Shown here one piece after another: positions 11,219-23,790 of a stretch of 64,000 nucleotides of DNA. Origin of the DNA: Octopus sinensis. Lineage: Eukaryota. Where the stretch lies: positions 51,894,001 to 51,958,000 of the forward strand of contig NC_043003.1 of NCBI RefSeq assembly GCF_006345805.1. Reading direction: 5' to 3'. The notes under the pieces were generated by a model. It saw only the letters and a program-made list of their open reading frames with translations. It had not been told where the DNA came from and made no database searches. Each line of letters opens with the position of its first letter. Position 1 is the first letter of the stretch. The position numbers were made by a program, and so were the translations under genes.

Positions 11219-12082
11219 AGCAGCGAGACTTTATTCCTCTGCTAAATCATACAATGGACGAAATAACACATCACAAATTCTCTTGGTTGTATAGTTTTCA
11301 TTGTTAGGATAATTCAACTCTGGCCATCGTTGGTTGCTCCGTTGTATCAACAGGAAAGGATCATGGCGCATGCTCTAGGAAAATCTCTCACTTCTCTCGG
11401 CATAATGGTTTTACAACGCTATTTATAAGCAAAAAGGGGCTCAAAGCGATGGTTCGGTTTAATCGCTTCAGGATGATTTAAGCGCAACGTATTGGGATCC
11501 GAGATCGATTTCTCGCGCAGTACTCGACCAATCAAAATACAAGACTCAACCAAATGTTCCAAACTCACATGATAGGTCAAACGACCAATCATTAAAGATT
11601 AACGGATTGAGCCTCCTTGCGAATATAAAAGGTTAGTCGAACATAAAATGTCAGAAGAGAAATGAGTCTCGCTACACCAATATTAAATTAAAATATATTT
11701 GTTTATTCCAATACCTATTAATGTGGATTGCGTTGATATCCAATTTATTCAAATGTATAAACTGCATATATATTTACGTTGTAAAGTGTCTATATTGCTA
11801 CAACATGGATTTCTCTCTCGTGGCGAAATCATTTTCATATACAGAAAAGATACTGCATTGTTCATATATTACTAGAGCACCCCAACACACACACACGCAC
11901 CAGACTTGCCAACCCTCAAAAGTCAAAAGTAATATAAATTCGAACCTGGAACTTGAATCAGTAGCGAGAAATGACAAAAAGTAGTGCAATATCCTCAAAT
12001 ATCCTAGCAGAGCGGGTATTAGTGTAACAGAAATTGAGATTCAATGTCACGTCATATCTACAATAACCAACGAAATGTAGTG

Positions 12083-12494
12083 TTTTTATTCTCTTAGTTG
12101 TTTCGGTTATTTGACTGTGGCCATACCGGAGTACCGCCTTTAGTGGAACAAATTGACCCCAGGACTTATTCTTTGTAAGCCTAGTACTTATTCCATGGGT
12201 CTCTTTTGCCGAATCGCTAAGTTACGGGGACGTAAACACACCAACATCGGTTGTCAAGCGACGGTGGGGGGGGGACAGACACACAAATACATACATACAT
12301 ACATACATACATACATACATGTGTGTATATATATATATATACGACAGGTTTCTTTCAGTTTCCGTCTACCAAATCCACTCACAAGGCTGTCTTCGGCCCG
12401 AGGTATAGTAGAAGACACTTGCCCAAGGTACCACGCAGTGGGACTGAACTCGGAACCATGTGGTTGGGAATCAAGCTTCTTACCACACACCCAC
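12083..12494 (-). mobile_element. SINE family B, near full length
   Basis: tRNA-like head at the right end, core TTGGGCAAGTGTCTTCTACTATA..TCGGGCCGA, internal (TACA)n/(TA)n, 3' half as in other copies. Confidence 0.88.
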
Positions 12495-13540
12495 TTAAGG
12501 ATTTTCATTAATATTCTTTTCTTGTGGTAGGAAAGAATATATGTATATTATAAATATAACCCAAAACTAGAGCACAAATAACAGGAGCAATAAAATTGAG
12601 AACTGTAGATGCCGCTGCTGCGTCCTGCATGGTCTACGAGTAGGCTAACTATGTGCCTCTGGATTGTGATAAGTCTTTAGACAGTCTAAATTACTTTTGG
12701 AGTTTGTCACCGGAGAAAGCCCGAGAAGTTGTTTGTGAAAATGTGTCAGCGTGAGATTATGAGCAAACTCGTGAGACTCACGACAAAGTCGAAAGAGTTA
12801 CTAAGTGTGTATACTCGCACAAACGTCACACACATACACCACGGGCTTCTGAATAAATTGTACCTACGAAATTTCATTCCCTGGTTAAGGCTGTAGTAGG
12901 AGACACCGGAAGTGTTTCAATTATAGTCTAACCGAAAGAGTAGCACTTAGTGCAAAAGGCCTTAAGAATAAGCCATTCGAAGAGCTCTCACTCAATTTCC
13001 GTCCTAGCAGCTTCACTCACAAGGCTTGGTCAAACTGAAGCTACTGCAAAAGACGTCTAAATGTTATGCAGTTGAGGAGACTCAAGAGTTAGTGGTTCAG
13101 TAATGAACTTTCCAACCATTCGACCATGCTACATCTATATTTCCATTACGAGGTGCAATCCTCTTTGCTGTGCCATAGCTTGTGTGTTTCAATGAATCTG
13201 AGGGCAATGTCAGTGGAGCGCAAGGTTATAGTAGGACTCGTTATGCTGGGCAGGTAAAAGGACAGAAGCAAGACAGATATATGAGCCACCTCTTCCAAGA
13301 AGTAAAAATGGGTTTGTGTAGGGCCAATAACCCTACTTAAGAAAAAAATATTTGAAGAAACATCGATGACGATTCAAAACCAACAAAACCTGGAAGGGGA
13401 AGGCCTTCCCCCAGAGAAATGTAATGCAAAATCCAAAATGAAACGGCGAGGAAGTAAGAGACCCAGATAGAGAGAAGCAGAAAAGACAGCCAGCGTCAAG
13501 GACATAGTGAGCAAAGGACTTAAGTAAGTAAAGTAAACAT

Positions 13541-13647
13541 CGGCTGTATAGGCGCAGGTGTTGCTGCATTGGCGCAGACGTGGCTGTATAGGTGCAGGCG
13601 TGCCTGCATAGGCGCAGACGTGACTGTTTAAGTGCAGGCGTGGCTGT
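13541..13647 (+). repeat. 20-bp minisatellite (5 units) derived from the SINE-B 5' end
   Basis: Units of the form TGGCTGTATAGGCGCAGGCG at 13541, 13561, 13581, 13601 and 13621 run directly into the SINE head TGGCTGTGTGGTAAG. Confidence 0.85.
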
Positions 13648-14062
13648 GTGGTAAGAAGCTTGCTTTCAAACCACATGGTTCTGGGTTCAGTTCCACTGCA
13701 TGGCACTTTGGGCAGGTGTCTTCTACTATAACCTCAGGCCGACCAAAGCCTTGTGAGTGAATTTGGTAGATGGAAAATGAAAGAAACCCGTCGTATATGT
13801 GTGTATGTGTGTTTGTGTGTGTGTTTGTGTATATTGCTGTGTGTGTGCGTTTGTATCCGTGTTCGCACCCCGCTCTCACCGAGTGACAACCGGTTCTGGT
13901 GTGTTTACGTCTCCGTAACTTAATAGTTCGGCAAAAAGAGGGCGATAGAACAAGAACCAAGTTTATTAAAAGTAGATAGTGGGGTCGATAGATTCGACTA
14001 AAATTTATTCAAGGCGGTGCCCCAGCATGGCTGCAATCAAATGACTGAAAGAAGTGAAAGAT
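13633..14062 (+). mobile_element. SINE family B, full length, diverged
   Basis: GCAGGCGTGGCTGTGTGGTAAG head, GGGTTCAGTTCC B-box-like motif, core and 3' half. Confidence 0.85.
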
Positions 14063-14815
14063 GTAAGACATTATATTAGATTTAAATAACACAGGTATTT
14101 TATCTCCTTGTGTTCAGAACATAAACCGCATCGATTACACCTACATGTGTCAGTGGTGCGAAAGGCTGCGAAGGCAATGGGAAAAGCACGAAGAAGAGAA
14201 ATATCTGCATCTGCTCTTATCAAAATTCCTGTCTCACGTTTGTGCACTGTTCTACGACCTTTGTCGGAAGGAGTCACAAGTGAGTGATTTCTAAAACTGG
14301 CGAAGGACCCAAAACATAACTTCATGGACAGCTATACTGTAACCGCTGTGATGACTGCTATTATTATAATGTTTCTGTCCTAATAGTTGGAACAGAAACC
14401 ATCAGGATGATTAAAGCGTTAACCATTTTGGTGGTCGGAATATTAATCTCTCAGACGACTGACTCAGTAATTATCGTGATAGCTGAGGCATTATAATAAC
14501 CCTAGCAGTTGTGGGTAGTAAGTATTATGATATAGGGCATTAACTTATGAATTATTTGGGCAATGAGTATCATGACATTTGTGGCAGTGAATATTGTAAC
14601 AGCTGGAGTAAAACTTTGCTCGAAGAGGCCCATCCCCATCGTCTCCCCTAGCTACACTACTAATATCCCAGTGATAGCTGTAATACAAACCAGCATTATC
14701 ATGGAGGATTAGTAACCATGGAATTGGTTGAGGCGTTGATTGTTATGATTGTTAGAGTAGTGGGTATCATTGAAGCAGGGCAGAGAATATCGTGATAGTT
14801 GAAGTAGTGCAGGAG

Positions 14816-14978
14816 ATAGGCGCAGGAAAGTAGCTGTATGGTAAGTAGCTTGCTTACCAACCACATGGTTCCGGGTTCAGTCTCGCTCCGTCGCACCTTG
14901 GGCAAGTGTATTTTACTATAGCTTCGGGCCGAGCAAAGCTTTGTGACGGAAACTGAAAGAAGCCTGTCGTATATATAC
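14816..14978 (+). mobile_element. SINE family B, 5' half
   Basis: ATAGGCGCAGG head through GAAACTGAAAGAAGCCTGTCGTATATA; abuts the next copy tail-to-tail. Confidence 0.8.
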
Positions 14979-15386
14979 TCATTACTCTTTTACTTGTTTC
15001 AGTCATTTGACTGTGGCCATGCTGGAGCACCGCCTTTAGTCGAGCAAATCGACCCCAGAACTTATTCTTTGTAAGCCTGGTACTTATTCTATTGGTCTCT
15101 TTTGCCGAACCGCTAAGTTACAGGGACGTAAACACACCAGCATCGGTTGTCAAGCGATGTTGGGAGGACACACACAGACACACATACACATACACACACA
15201 TACATATATATACATATATACGATGGGCTTCTTTCAGTTTCCGTCTACCAAATCCACTTACAAGGCTTTGGTCGGCCCGAGGCTATAGTAGAAGACACCT
15301 GCCCAAGGTGCCACGCAGTGGGACTGAACCCGGAACCATGTGGTTGGTAAGCAAGCTACTTACCACATAGCCACTCCTGCGCTTAT
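14979..15386 (-). mobile_element. SINE family B, full length
   Basis: Complete head, core, internal microsatellite and GTAAAAGAGTAA tail on the minus strand. Confidence 0.9.
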
Positions 15387-15560
15387 ATGCATACATACAT
15401 ACATACATACATGCATACATACATACATACATACATACATACATGCATGCATGCATACATACATACATACATACATACATGCATGCATGCATACATACAT
15501 ACATACATACATACATACATACATACATACATACATACATACATACATACATACATACGT
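15387..15560. repeat. (TACA)n/(TGCA) tetranucleotide microsatellite
   Basis: Direct reading. Confidence 0.95.
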
Positions 15561-15999
15561 ATAAACATACGCATCTGCACATACCCACTCAAACACACAC
15601 TCATTTACTAGAGGAGCATTAAGCAGCGATGATTGAAATATAGGTGTGTACAATTATATTTAACACGTTTGTTTTTATGTACACTCGAAAGTGAAATGAC
15701 TGTCGCTGCAAAAAATTGGAAATTTTCTATGAGAGAGAGGAAGAGAGAGAGAGGGAGAGAGAGAGAGAGAGAGAGGGAGGGAGGGAGGGAGGGAGAGAGA
15801 GAAAGTGAGAGGATGTTGTCACATGAGGCTGGAGAAAGATGAGACTGCGAAACGATGTTTTGTAAGGTGATAAGTATAATGAGCTTCACGGGAGTAGAGG
15901 GGTACAAGTCAGCTGGGAGAAAAAGGTATTACTGTCGGATGTGGAGCGGATTGCTACCAAACATTTATTATTATTATTATTATTATTATTATATTATTA

Positions 16000-16030
<31 letters not shown>

Positions 16031-16879
16031 TGTTGTAGTAACATCTGAGTGTTCTGAACAACGTTGAAGGCTAGAAAAACGCTATCACGGTGGTCCGTAT
16101 AACTGAAGAAGAGGCGTTAAGTCAGGACTACGGGCGTCATCAGGATTCTCCCTCTCCTTCTCTCTCTCATCACATCTCTTTTTCCTGGTTACCTTTTCGT
16201 TCTCGCTCTCTCTCTCTCTCTTTCTCTTCCTCCGTTTACTTCTCCCACTCTTACTTATCTTCATCAGGCTTTCTCTTTACATCCTTCTCCGTTTTCCTGT
16301 CTCTCTCTCTCTCTATCTCACTTATTTTCTCGCATTACTCTACTCTTTCTTTCTCTCTATTTTCTTTCTTTCTCTTTCTCTCTCGTTCTTCGTTTCAACC
16401 TCATCTCTCCCCTTTCTCAATTTCTCACTCCCTGTCTCTCGTTTTCCCCGCATATCTTCTTCTCCACTCTCTCTCTTTCCCGCCCCTTCTTTCTCTCTTT
16501 CCATCACTGTGGTAGGTAAGCTGTTCTTATGCTCTTTAGAAAGATTTCGTCACGCTTCATTTATCGCGTGAGCGATCCATCTCTATCTTGAATCCCAAAT
16601 TAATTTACCATCATCTTAAAATTTCTACTGACATGATGTCGATGTTATTATAGTTATTTAGTCCCTGGTCATTCCATGTTTTTACACATACGGTTTTACC
16701 TTGTTCGGTGTGTTTTTCCTATACATTTTAAAGATAGGAAGGCATGATTTGAGAAAGATTTGATTGCTATTTCAAACATGTCAAGCAACCCCGGTACAAT
16801 CTCCTTTGTTGGCTCTCGATGCTACAAACAAATTTTTGATTGATTATTTTTACCCCAGATCAGCTCTGATAGGCAGGCC

Positions 16880-17222
16880 CATAACTCATCGGAGACTCGA
16901 TCAGATTGCTCGCAGTAAAGTTCAGCGTCGATAACGCGACCTTTCGGTACAAGTTAAAAATGCACGAATCCTTCGAAGTTCCACCAAACGGAAATCATGA
17001 TCTTCCTTCCAAATTGATTTTTCTTTAAAACGGACCGAGGAGTTTGATCTTTTGGGACCCAACGCTTGCTTCAATCGTGATTGACAAGGTAGACCCACTT
17101 TTCGTCTGATGTTACAATTCGCTTCCAAAATGGTCATCCATTATTGATCATAACTTTTTCCGCGTCGGGGATGACGCATTCAACGTTCTATTCTCCTATC
17201 TGGGTTGATCGTGCAAATCACA
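16880..17222 (-). pseudogene. Mariner (DD34D) transposase catalytic-core fragment
   Basis: Minus strand: FWKRIVTSDEKWVYLVNHD*SKRWVPKDQTPRSVLKKNQFGRKIMISVWWNFEGFVHF*LVPKGRVIDAELYCEQ, matching the mariner RIVTGDEKW...K.M..VWW...GI pattern. Not in the ORF track because of stops. Confidence 0.82.
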
Positions 17223-19223
17223 TCTATCACCATCCAGTCCTTCTCTTGGGATTGACACATCTAGGAATATATCATTCAAAGTGACCCTTTCCTTTCAAGA
17301 CAATAGGGTGCAATTTGAAGATTTGACAACTATTTCTGGCATAAAGGCTTCATAAATACGTATTATTAGTGAAGAATGTAAGGCAATGAGCTAGCATAAT
17401 CGTTATCACGCCGGACAAAATACTTAGCGGAATTTCGTCTCTCTTTACTTTCTGAGTTCAAATTCCGCTGGGATCGACTCTTTCATCTTGTCAGTGTTGA
17501 TAAAATAAGTAGCACTCGATGTAATCCACTATCATCCTACCCGCAAAATTTCTGGCCTTGTGCTTATAGTAGAAAGGATTAAGGAAGGATGTTAGGACAG
17601 CGATCTGGCGAATCGTTAGCATGCCCGACAAAAATGCTTTGCGGTAGGTAATTCTTCTGGCTTTACATTTTGAGTTCAAGTACCACTGGTACCAACTTAT
17701 CCGTTTATCCTTTTGGGAGTAAAATAAGTATTAGTTGAGCACTGAGGTCGATATGATCGACTCGCCAACCCCCATCCGTTTTCAAGCTTCTTGCCAATAA
17801 TAGAAAGTAGAGGTTGTAGTTTACCTCCAGGTCAGTCCTTATCAAGCAGGCTTACTTTAGTCATGACTATCTCGTCTTTTCTTATGTGTAAATAACTCAG
17901 CACGACATTATTCAACGAATTCCCTTTCTAAAAGGATAGGACGTCTATCTTTACTTTCTGAGCTCAAATTTATGCGAGAAATAGTGATCAAACTTTCAAT
18001 CATTCCAGATGTCACACGCCCAACCTTGCTCAATGCTTTACTCGTGGCAACATCTCAGTCAAAGAGGCGAACTGCATAAAAACATGCTCAACCACAACTT
18101 TCTTAATGACTAGAAATTCCTATGGATGTCGCAGTCTCGGTCTATGCTTGCGCATCATTAGCTATGGCCCCTTCTTGATCTTACTTTTCTGTTTTCCCTA
18201 GTTGCTTCTCACGTATCCATAAGCTCTATTCTATTTTTATCCTCTAAGACGATTGGTTGAAAGTTTCGCTTCGTAGGAGTCGGGGCTGACAGACTGTGAT
18301 GGAGGGAGATGTTTTCTTTTACTCAGTGTTCCAACTTCAACCAGGAGGTGACACAGGATTTCAACTCAACCAGTAATATGTTTGAAAATAAATTGATTTA
18401 GCCACGGACCATCTTCGGAGTGGAGTCTGGTGGTGTAGCAACAGCAGCCCTGCTCTATGTTACTGTGGGTTGTAGCTTATGTACTGCAATAACTCAATTA
18501 CTGCTTCTTCTCGTGTGTGCTATTTTCTTCCATTCCCTCCTTTTGTTTTCCTTTTCTATCAACAAAAAGCGCTGACTTCGTGTATACTTCTGTCAAAATC
18601 ATAGGTTTCGCATTCAGTTGTGCTACAGATCAGAAAATGCCGATAATATTCTCCTTGCTTGTGTCCTTCCTCAGCAGCAGCACCATTCCCGTTTACACAG
18701 CTGGGAATATTCCCACTCTGCTTCAAGCTGTGGTAGACGTTATGACAAGAAAGGGATCCACAAGTCAAGCTTGTATCCATCAAGCTCACTAAAGAGAACA
18801 CCCAGCGGTTTGCACCTTAAACAAGCACCATTTATATCACAGTTGTCAACATCGCTTTTTTTTTTTTTTTTTTTGCAGTACTGTTTGGCTGAGAACAGAA
18901 GCAGTTCGTCTAGATAGGTGACAGAGGATCTCTAGTCAACAAACACGCGTGAATAGTCTGGCAAAAAGTGTTGTTTGAAAATCACATCCATCTATCTGCT
19001 ATCGAAGAGTGATTGTGGTCTTGTTGCCAAGTCACGCTTCTGTCATTCTGGACTATAGATCAGTTTTCGTTCCTTCCTATTGAAGAGCACGCGTCTTTAG
19101 CTCTGACAATGAAATGTTTATATTTTACACCGAAACATTTTCACCGCTAGTACGTCTGGTGCAATGCTTTTTGTAATTGTCTCTTCTAATCAACTGACAA
19201 TCTCCTCCTCTATCGTTTTGTAG

Positions 19224-19560
19224 GTACACGGACGGGATGCCGAATGCACTTTTGCCGAATCACAAGAAGCCGAAGCCAAGAAGCCGAGTGGACACAGTAC
19301 TAAACGGACATAAAGCCAAACGGACAAGATGCCGAAAAGACATACGAAAATTAAAATATAATCGTTTTATCCCTACAATATGACAGGATAAATGGTCATT
19401 AAACTATGTAGGTAGTAATTTTTTTTTCCTTTTTTTTTATTGTATCCATTTAGCTTTATGTCAGTTCGGCTTTATGACCGTTCGGCATTGTGTCCGTTCA
19501 GTTTCTTGGCTTCGGCTTCTTGTCCTTCGGTAAAAGTGCATTCGGCATCCCGTCCGCGCA
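19224..19560. mobile_element. Mutator-like MITE/foldback with long sub-repeated TIRs
   Basis: CGGACGGGATGCCGAATGCACTTTT..CCGAA..CAAGAAGCCGAAGCCAAGAA is mirrored at the right end; internal GCCGAA subrepeats; imperfect 9-bp TSD GTTTTGTAG (19215-19223) / GTTTTCTAG (19561-19569). Confidence 0.7.
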
Positions 19561-19617
19561 GTTTTCTAGCGCTAATTCTTTGCTACATAATCGATTTTAC
19601 TCTTCAGAGAAACACCT

Positions 19618-19732
19618 ATTATTGATCATAACTTTTTATCACAACCATTTATTTTGCTTTTGTCTTTCCGCGTCGGGGACGACGCATTCAACGTTTTATG
19701 TCTCCTATCTGGGTTGATCGTGAAAAAATCAC
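19618..19732 (-). mobile_element. Second copy of the mariner segment at 17142-17222
   Basis: Direct repeat of ATTGATCATAACTTTTT...CCGCGTCGGG..GACGCATTCAACGTT...CTCCTATCTGGGTTGATCGTG with a ~30-nt insertion. Confidence 0.7.
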
Positions 19733-21180
19733 AAGTTGGAAGTTTGAGTAAGCTACGCAATCCTTATCCCCTGATCCAAGAAATATTCTATCAGCGACTT
19801 ATCGTGTGAGGCTTCCTCTCTTGAAGATAATACTGTGGTGTTAGTTATTGTTGCTCTGGTCTTATTGTTGTTACTGTTATTAAACTTGTGTTGTGATTGT
19901 GATGTTTGAAGCATGGAATCTTTACTCTTCTTACCTGACTGCTAAAGAAAACCAGTGATGGTTAGGACGCCATTCGTGTTACATATGTTTTCTTTTTTTA
20001 GCCTTTTGTTACTAATTCAATCGGATCGCTACAATTCAAATAAAGGAAGCTTGGAATCTTTGGAATATTTTTCAGGGATAAACAGCATCTCTCCTTCCAT
20101 TTTGATTTACAACCAGTTCTGGAGGGTGGTTGACTTCGTCCTATATTCTTCCAAGATCATTATGAAATAGGTGATACTTATCTCGGGTAAAAGATTGTTG
20201 AATGCCAGCTTTGATTACTTGCAGATAGGGCGTGCAATGTCATTTTGCAGTATTTGTATTCTTGCTCTGAATTCATTATTTTGCAAGCGAATGCTCCAGT
20301 CACGACAAACGATATTGTCACGATGGTGGCGGTTATAGTAGGGAGCACGGTGGTGAAAAAAGTGCTATTTTTGTGATGGTGGTAGTGATGGAAGTGAGGC
20401 TGTTGTTACCGTTATCAGCTGGTCTGGCAGCTTTCACTGTTGTTACAGTCGCACCCATTTCAGTACTACTTTTGATGATGGTGATGGTAGTGGAGGTGTT
20501 TTGTTGTTGATTGTTATTGTTTTTGCTACTGATGCGGTCCTTGTTTCTGTTGGTGTTGTTGTTACTTGCTACTGCTGGTTCTGATGCTGCTGCTGTCTTG
20601 GTCAGGCGTGACGATAGCGGCGGTGTTTGCTTTCCTGTTGTTAATATTTTTTCCGGACCTGGAACCTGTTGGGGAAAGCTTCTGTTTGTTATAATGAAGG
20701 CGTGTTCTACCCTATCCAACACTCCCACCGTCATTTTAAATCACTGCATTCCTTACATTTCCCCTTAACATCCGCCGTTTTCATCACAAGGCGCCATTTC
20801 TGAATTTGACAATATTTTCAAAACAATTTTATTTTTACTTGTTGGTTCTGGAAGAAGGAGCGATGCCCCATGACCTCCACAGAAGCCTCTGAGACCGGTG
20901 ACACGGCTGTTATTAACGTTACTATTGCCAAAAAATACATTTTCAAAATGGGATCGACTCTTTATAAAACAAAATAACCACTCCTCTCTCCTCACGGTCA
21001 ATTCTGAAACAAGATGCACAACAATTCCCTAAACGAACAAACTAACAAAAAAAAAAAAACCTAAAAGTTTTCAAGTTTAAGGAGTGGCAAAAATCGTGGT
21101 GGTGGTGGTTGTGGGGTCATTGTCATCATCGTCCTTGTTGCTGCTGCTGCTGTCGTAGTCGTCGTTGTTGTTGCGATAGA

Positions 21181-21380
21181 AGCAAGCGAACTAGCAGAAT
21201 CGAGAGGATGTCGTAAAAAAATGTCTTGCGGCATTCGTCTCGGCTCTTTCCGATATGAGATCAAATTCCGTGAAGGTCAACTTTGCCTTTCATCCTTCAG
21301 AGGTCGATAAAATAAAGTATCAGTCAGTTGATAGTATCGACAAATCCCCACTCCTTAAAACTTTTGGCCCTGTGCCTAAT
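21181..21380 (+). mobile_element. SINE family A, old diverged copy
   Basis: GAGATCAAATTCC..GAAGGTCAACTTTGCCTTTCATCCTT body. Confidence 0.65.
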
Positions 21381-21384
21381 TTAG

Positions 21385-22007
21385 AAGCTATTCTAGGTTG
21401 AGGAAAAATCTCGAGCGCAGTGTTAAAATAATGATTTTCTATGCAAGAATTTATTCAAAAACAACAACAACTATTCTTCAAAATAAAGACCATCATTTTC
21501 AATGGCCTTCTGCCAACAATCTGCAAGCTTTCGGATTTGGTCAAATTACCAACCCTTCGGCTTTGAATCGAAAAGTTCTTGACAGGCTTCTTCAACTTCA
21601 TCGGATGACTCAAATCGGCGACCTTTCATAAAGTGCTGCATTAATCGGAAGAGACCGTAGTCAGATGGAGCAACGTTCTTGTCATGGCTTTTTGTGGACA
21701 AAGTCAAGTTGCTTGAAATTATTCCAAACAGTCTTCTGATCGACATTCAGCCAATTCGCGAGTGCTTGATGACGGCTCAACATCCGAAATGGCTTGCAAG
21801 TCTCCTTCGTCCAAAACCGCTAGTCATCTGGAACGTGGCTTGTCTTCAAGATCAAAATCGCCTTTATTGAAACGCTTGAACCATTTCTGTGCAGTTCGCG
21901 GCGCTACCGTACCTTCATCTTCAACGTCGCAGATTGCTTTGGCAGCTGCTTTTGCATCCAAATTCTTTTTCCAGTAATGACGCAGCAATACGCGAAGCTC
22001 AAAAGTT
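21385..22007 (-). mobile_element. Internally deleted mariner (N-terminal HTH fused to C-terminus)
   Basis: Minus strand: ELRVLLRHYWKK...EGTVAPRTAQKWFKRFNKGDFDLEDKPRS, then APSDYGLFRLMQHFMKGRRFESSDEVEEAC...W*...CWQKAIENDGLYFEE* (stop 21471-21473); the 5' end stops where a SINE-B copy begins. Confidence 0.85.
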
Positions 22008-22009
22008 GT

Positions 22010-22484
<475 letters not shown>

Positions 22485-22919
22485 TGACATCCAAAAATAG
22501 AAAAAAAATCAATAAATTTTCATAACAGTTGTTATGAACACAACTCAATAGTCATCAAAAAACACGCACACAGTGAGTCACCATTGAACATGACACGAAC
22601 TGAAAGAACACACACACAACAAAAATATATTTTAAAAAGCATTGTTTTAACACGGCGCACGAACTTTTTTCTCAACTTAATATTATTAATATTATTAGGA
22701 CGGTAAACTTTCAGAATCGTTAAAGCTATGGAAAAAAATGCCGAGGGATAGTTTTCCCAGATCTTTATTTTCTGAGTTCAAATTAGAAAAATGTGTGGGG
22801 TTAGACAAACAAATGATAAAATATAAAAACGAGGGAAGGGATGAAGGTGTCATGTAATATAAATTGGGCAATTTAAAACTTTGTGTAAACAATATTTAAT
22901 AATTACAAAAGTGTTGTAT

Positions 22920-23310
22920 GATGGATGGAAGCACTCCGTCGGTTACGACGACGAGGGTTCCGGTTGATCCGAATCAACGGAACAGCCTGCTCGTGAAATT
23001 AACGTGTAAGTGGCTGAGCACTCCACAGACACGTGCACCTTTAACGTAGTTCCCAGGGATATTCAGCGTGACACAGAGAGTGACAAGGCCGGCCCTTTGA
23101 AATACATGTACAACAGAAACAGGAAGTAAGAGTGAGAGAAAGTTGTGGTAAAAGAGTACAGCAGCGATCACCACCATCCCCTGCCGGAGCCTCGTGGAGC
23201 TTTAGGTGTTTTCGCTCAATAAACACTCACAACGCCCGGTCTGGGAATCGAAACCGCGATCCTATGACCGCGAGTCCGCTGCCCTAACCACTGGGCCATT
23301 GCGCCTCCAC
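22920..23310 (-). mobile_element. tRNA-derived SINE family C, full length
   Basis: Minus-strand head GTGGAGGCGCAATGGCCCAGTGGTTAGG (A box) ... GGTTTCGATTCCC (B box), unique core, (TCCA)n tail. The core may be Nin/Deu-type (from memory, unverified). Confidence 0.8.
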
Positions 23311-23739
23311 TGTTGTATAATATTAAGTTATACAAACAGGTAACCCACCAACATATGGGTTCAATGAATGCACTCCGTGATATTGACCACTCTCTTCTTG
23401 CATCTCTACAGAGAACAAGCGTTCAAAGTCTAAGGAAGATACTGAGCGAGCAGGATGTGAAATGAGTGAACAAGAAAGGGGTCATATTTTCAGAATAATT
23501 ACCATAGAGTTATTCATAAAAAGATTAAAATATTTTATTAATAATCACCCTTCTGAGAATTTCACGTAATCGGAACCCACCACTTCACCAAACTGCTCCG
23601 AATCAGTTCCTTATTCTGCGTACATCCCATTCTGGCGCTCTATTAATAGCCATCTGGTGTACGACAACTGCGAATTTCAAATATGGCAGTGTTTTCGTAA
23701 AGAAGATGACTTCCTCCTCCTCCTCCTCTCCTCCTCCTC

Positions 23740-23790
<51 letters not shown>

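Noticed and set aside
14340-14810. Thr/Asn-rich mucin-like frames here and at 20333-20734
   Set aside because: Decayed trinucleotide-periodic repeats with stops or no domain signal.
18000-18900. Possible decayed LINE ORF1/endonuclease on the minus strand
   Set aside because: Only faint motif hints across many stops; needs an HMM search.
23230-23310. tRNA genes at the heads of SINE families A, B and C
   Set aside because: A/B boxes are present but run into SINE bodies without a complete cloverleaf.
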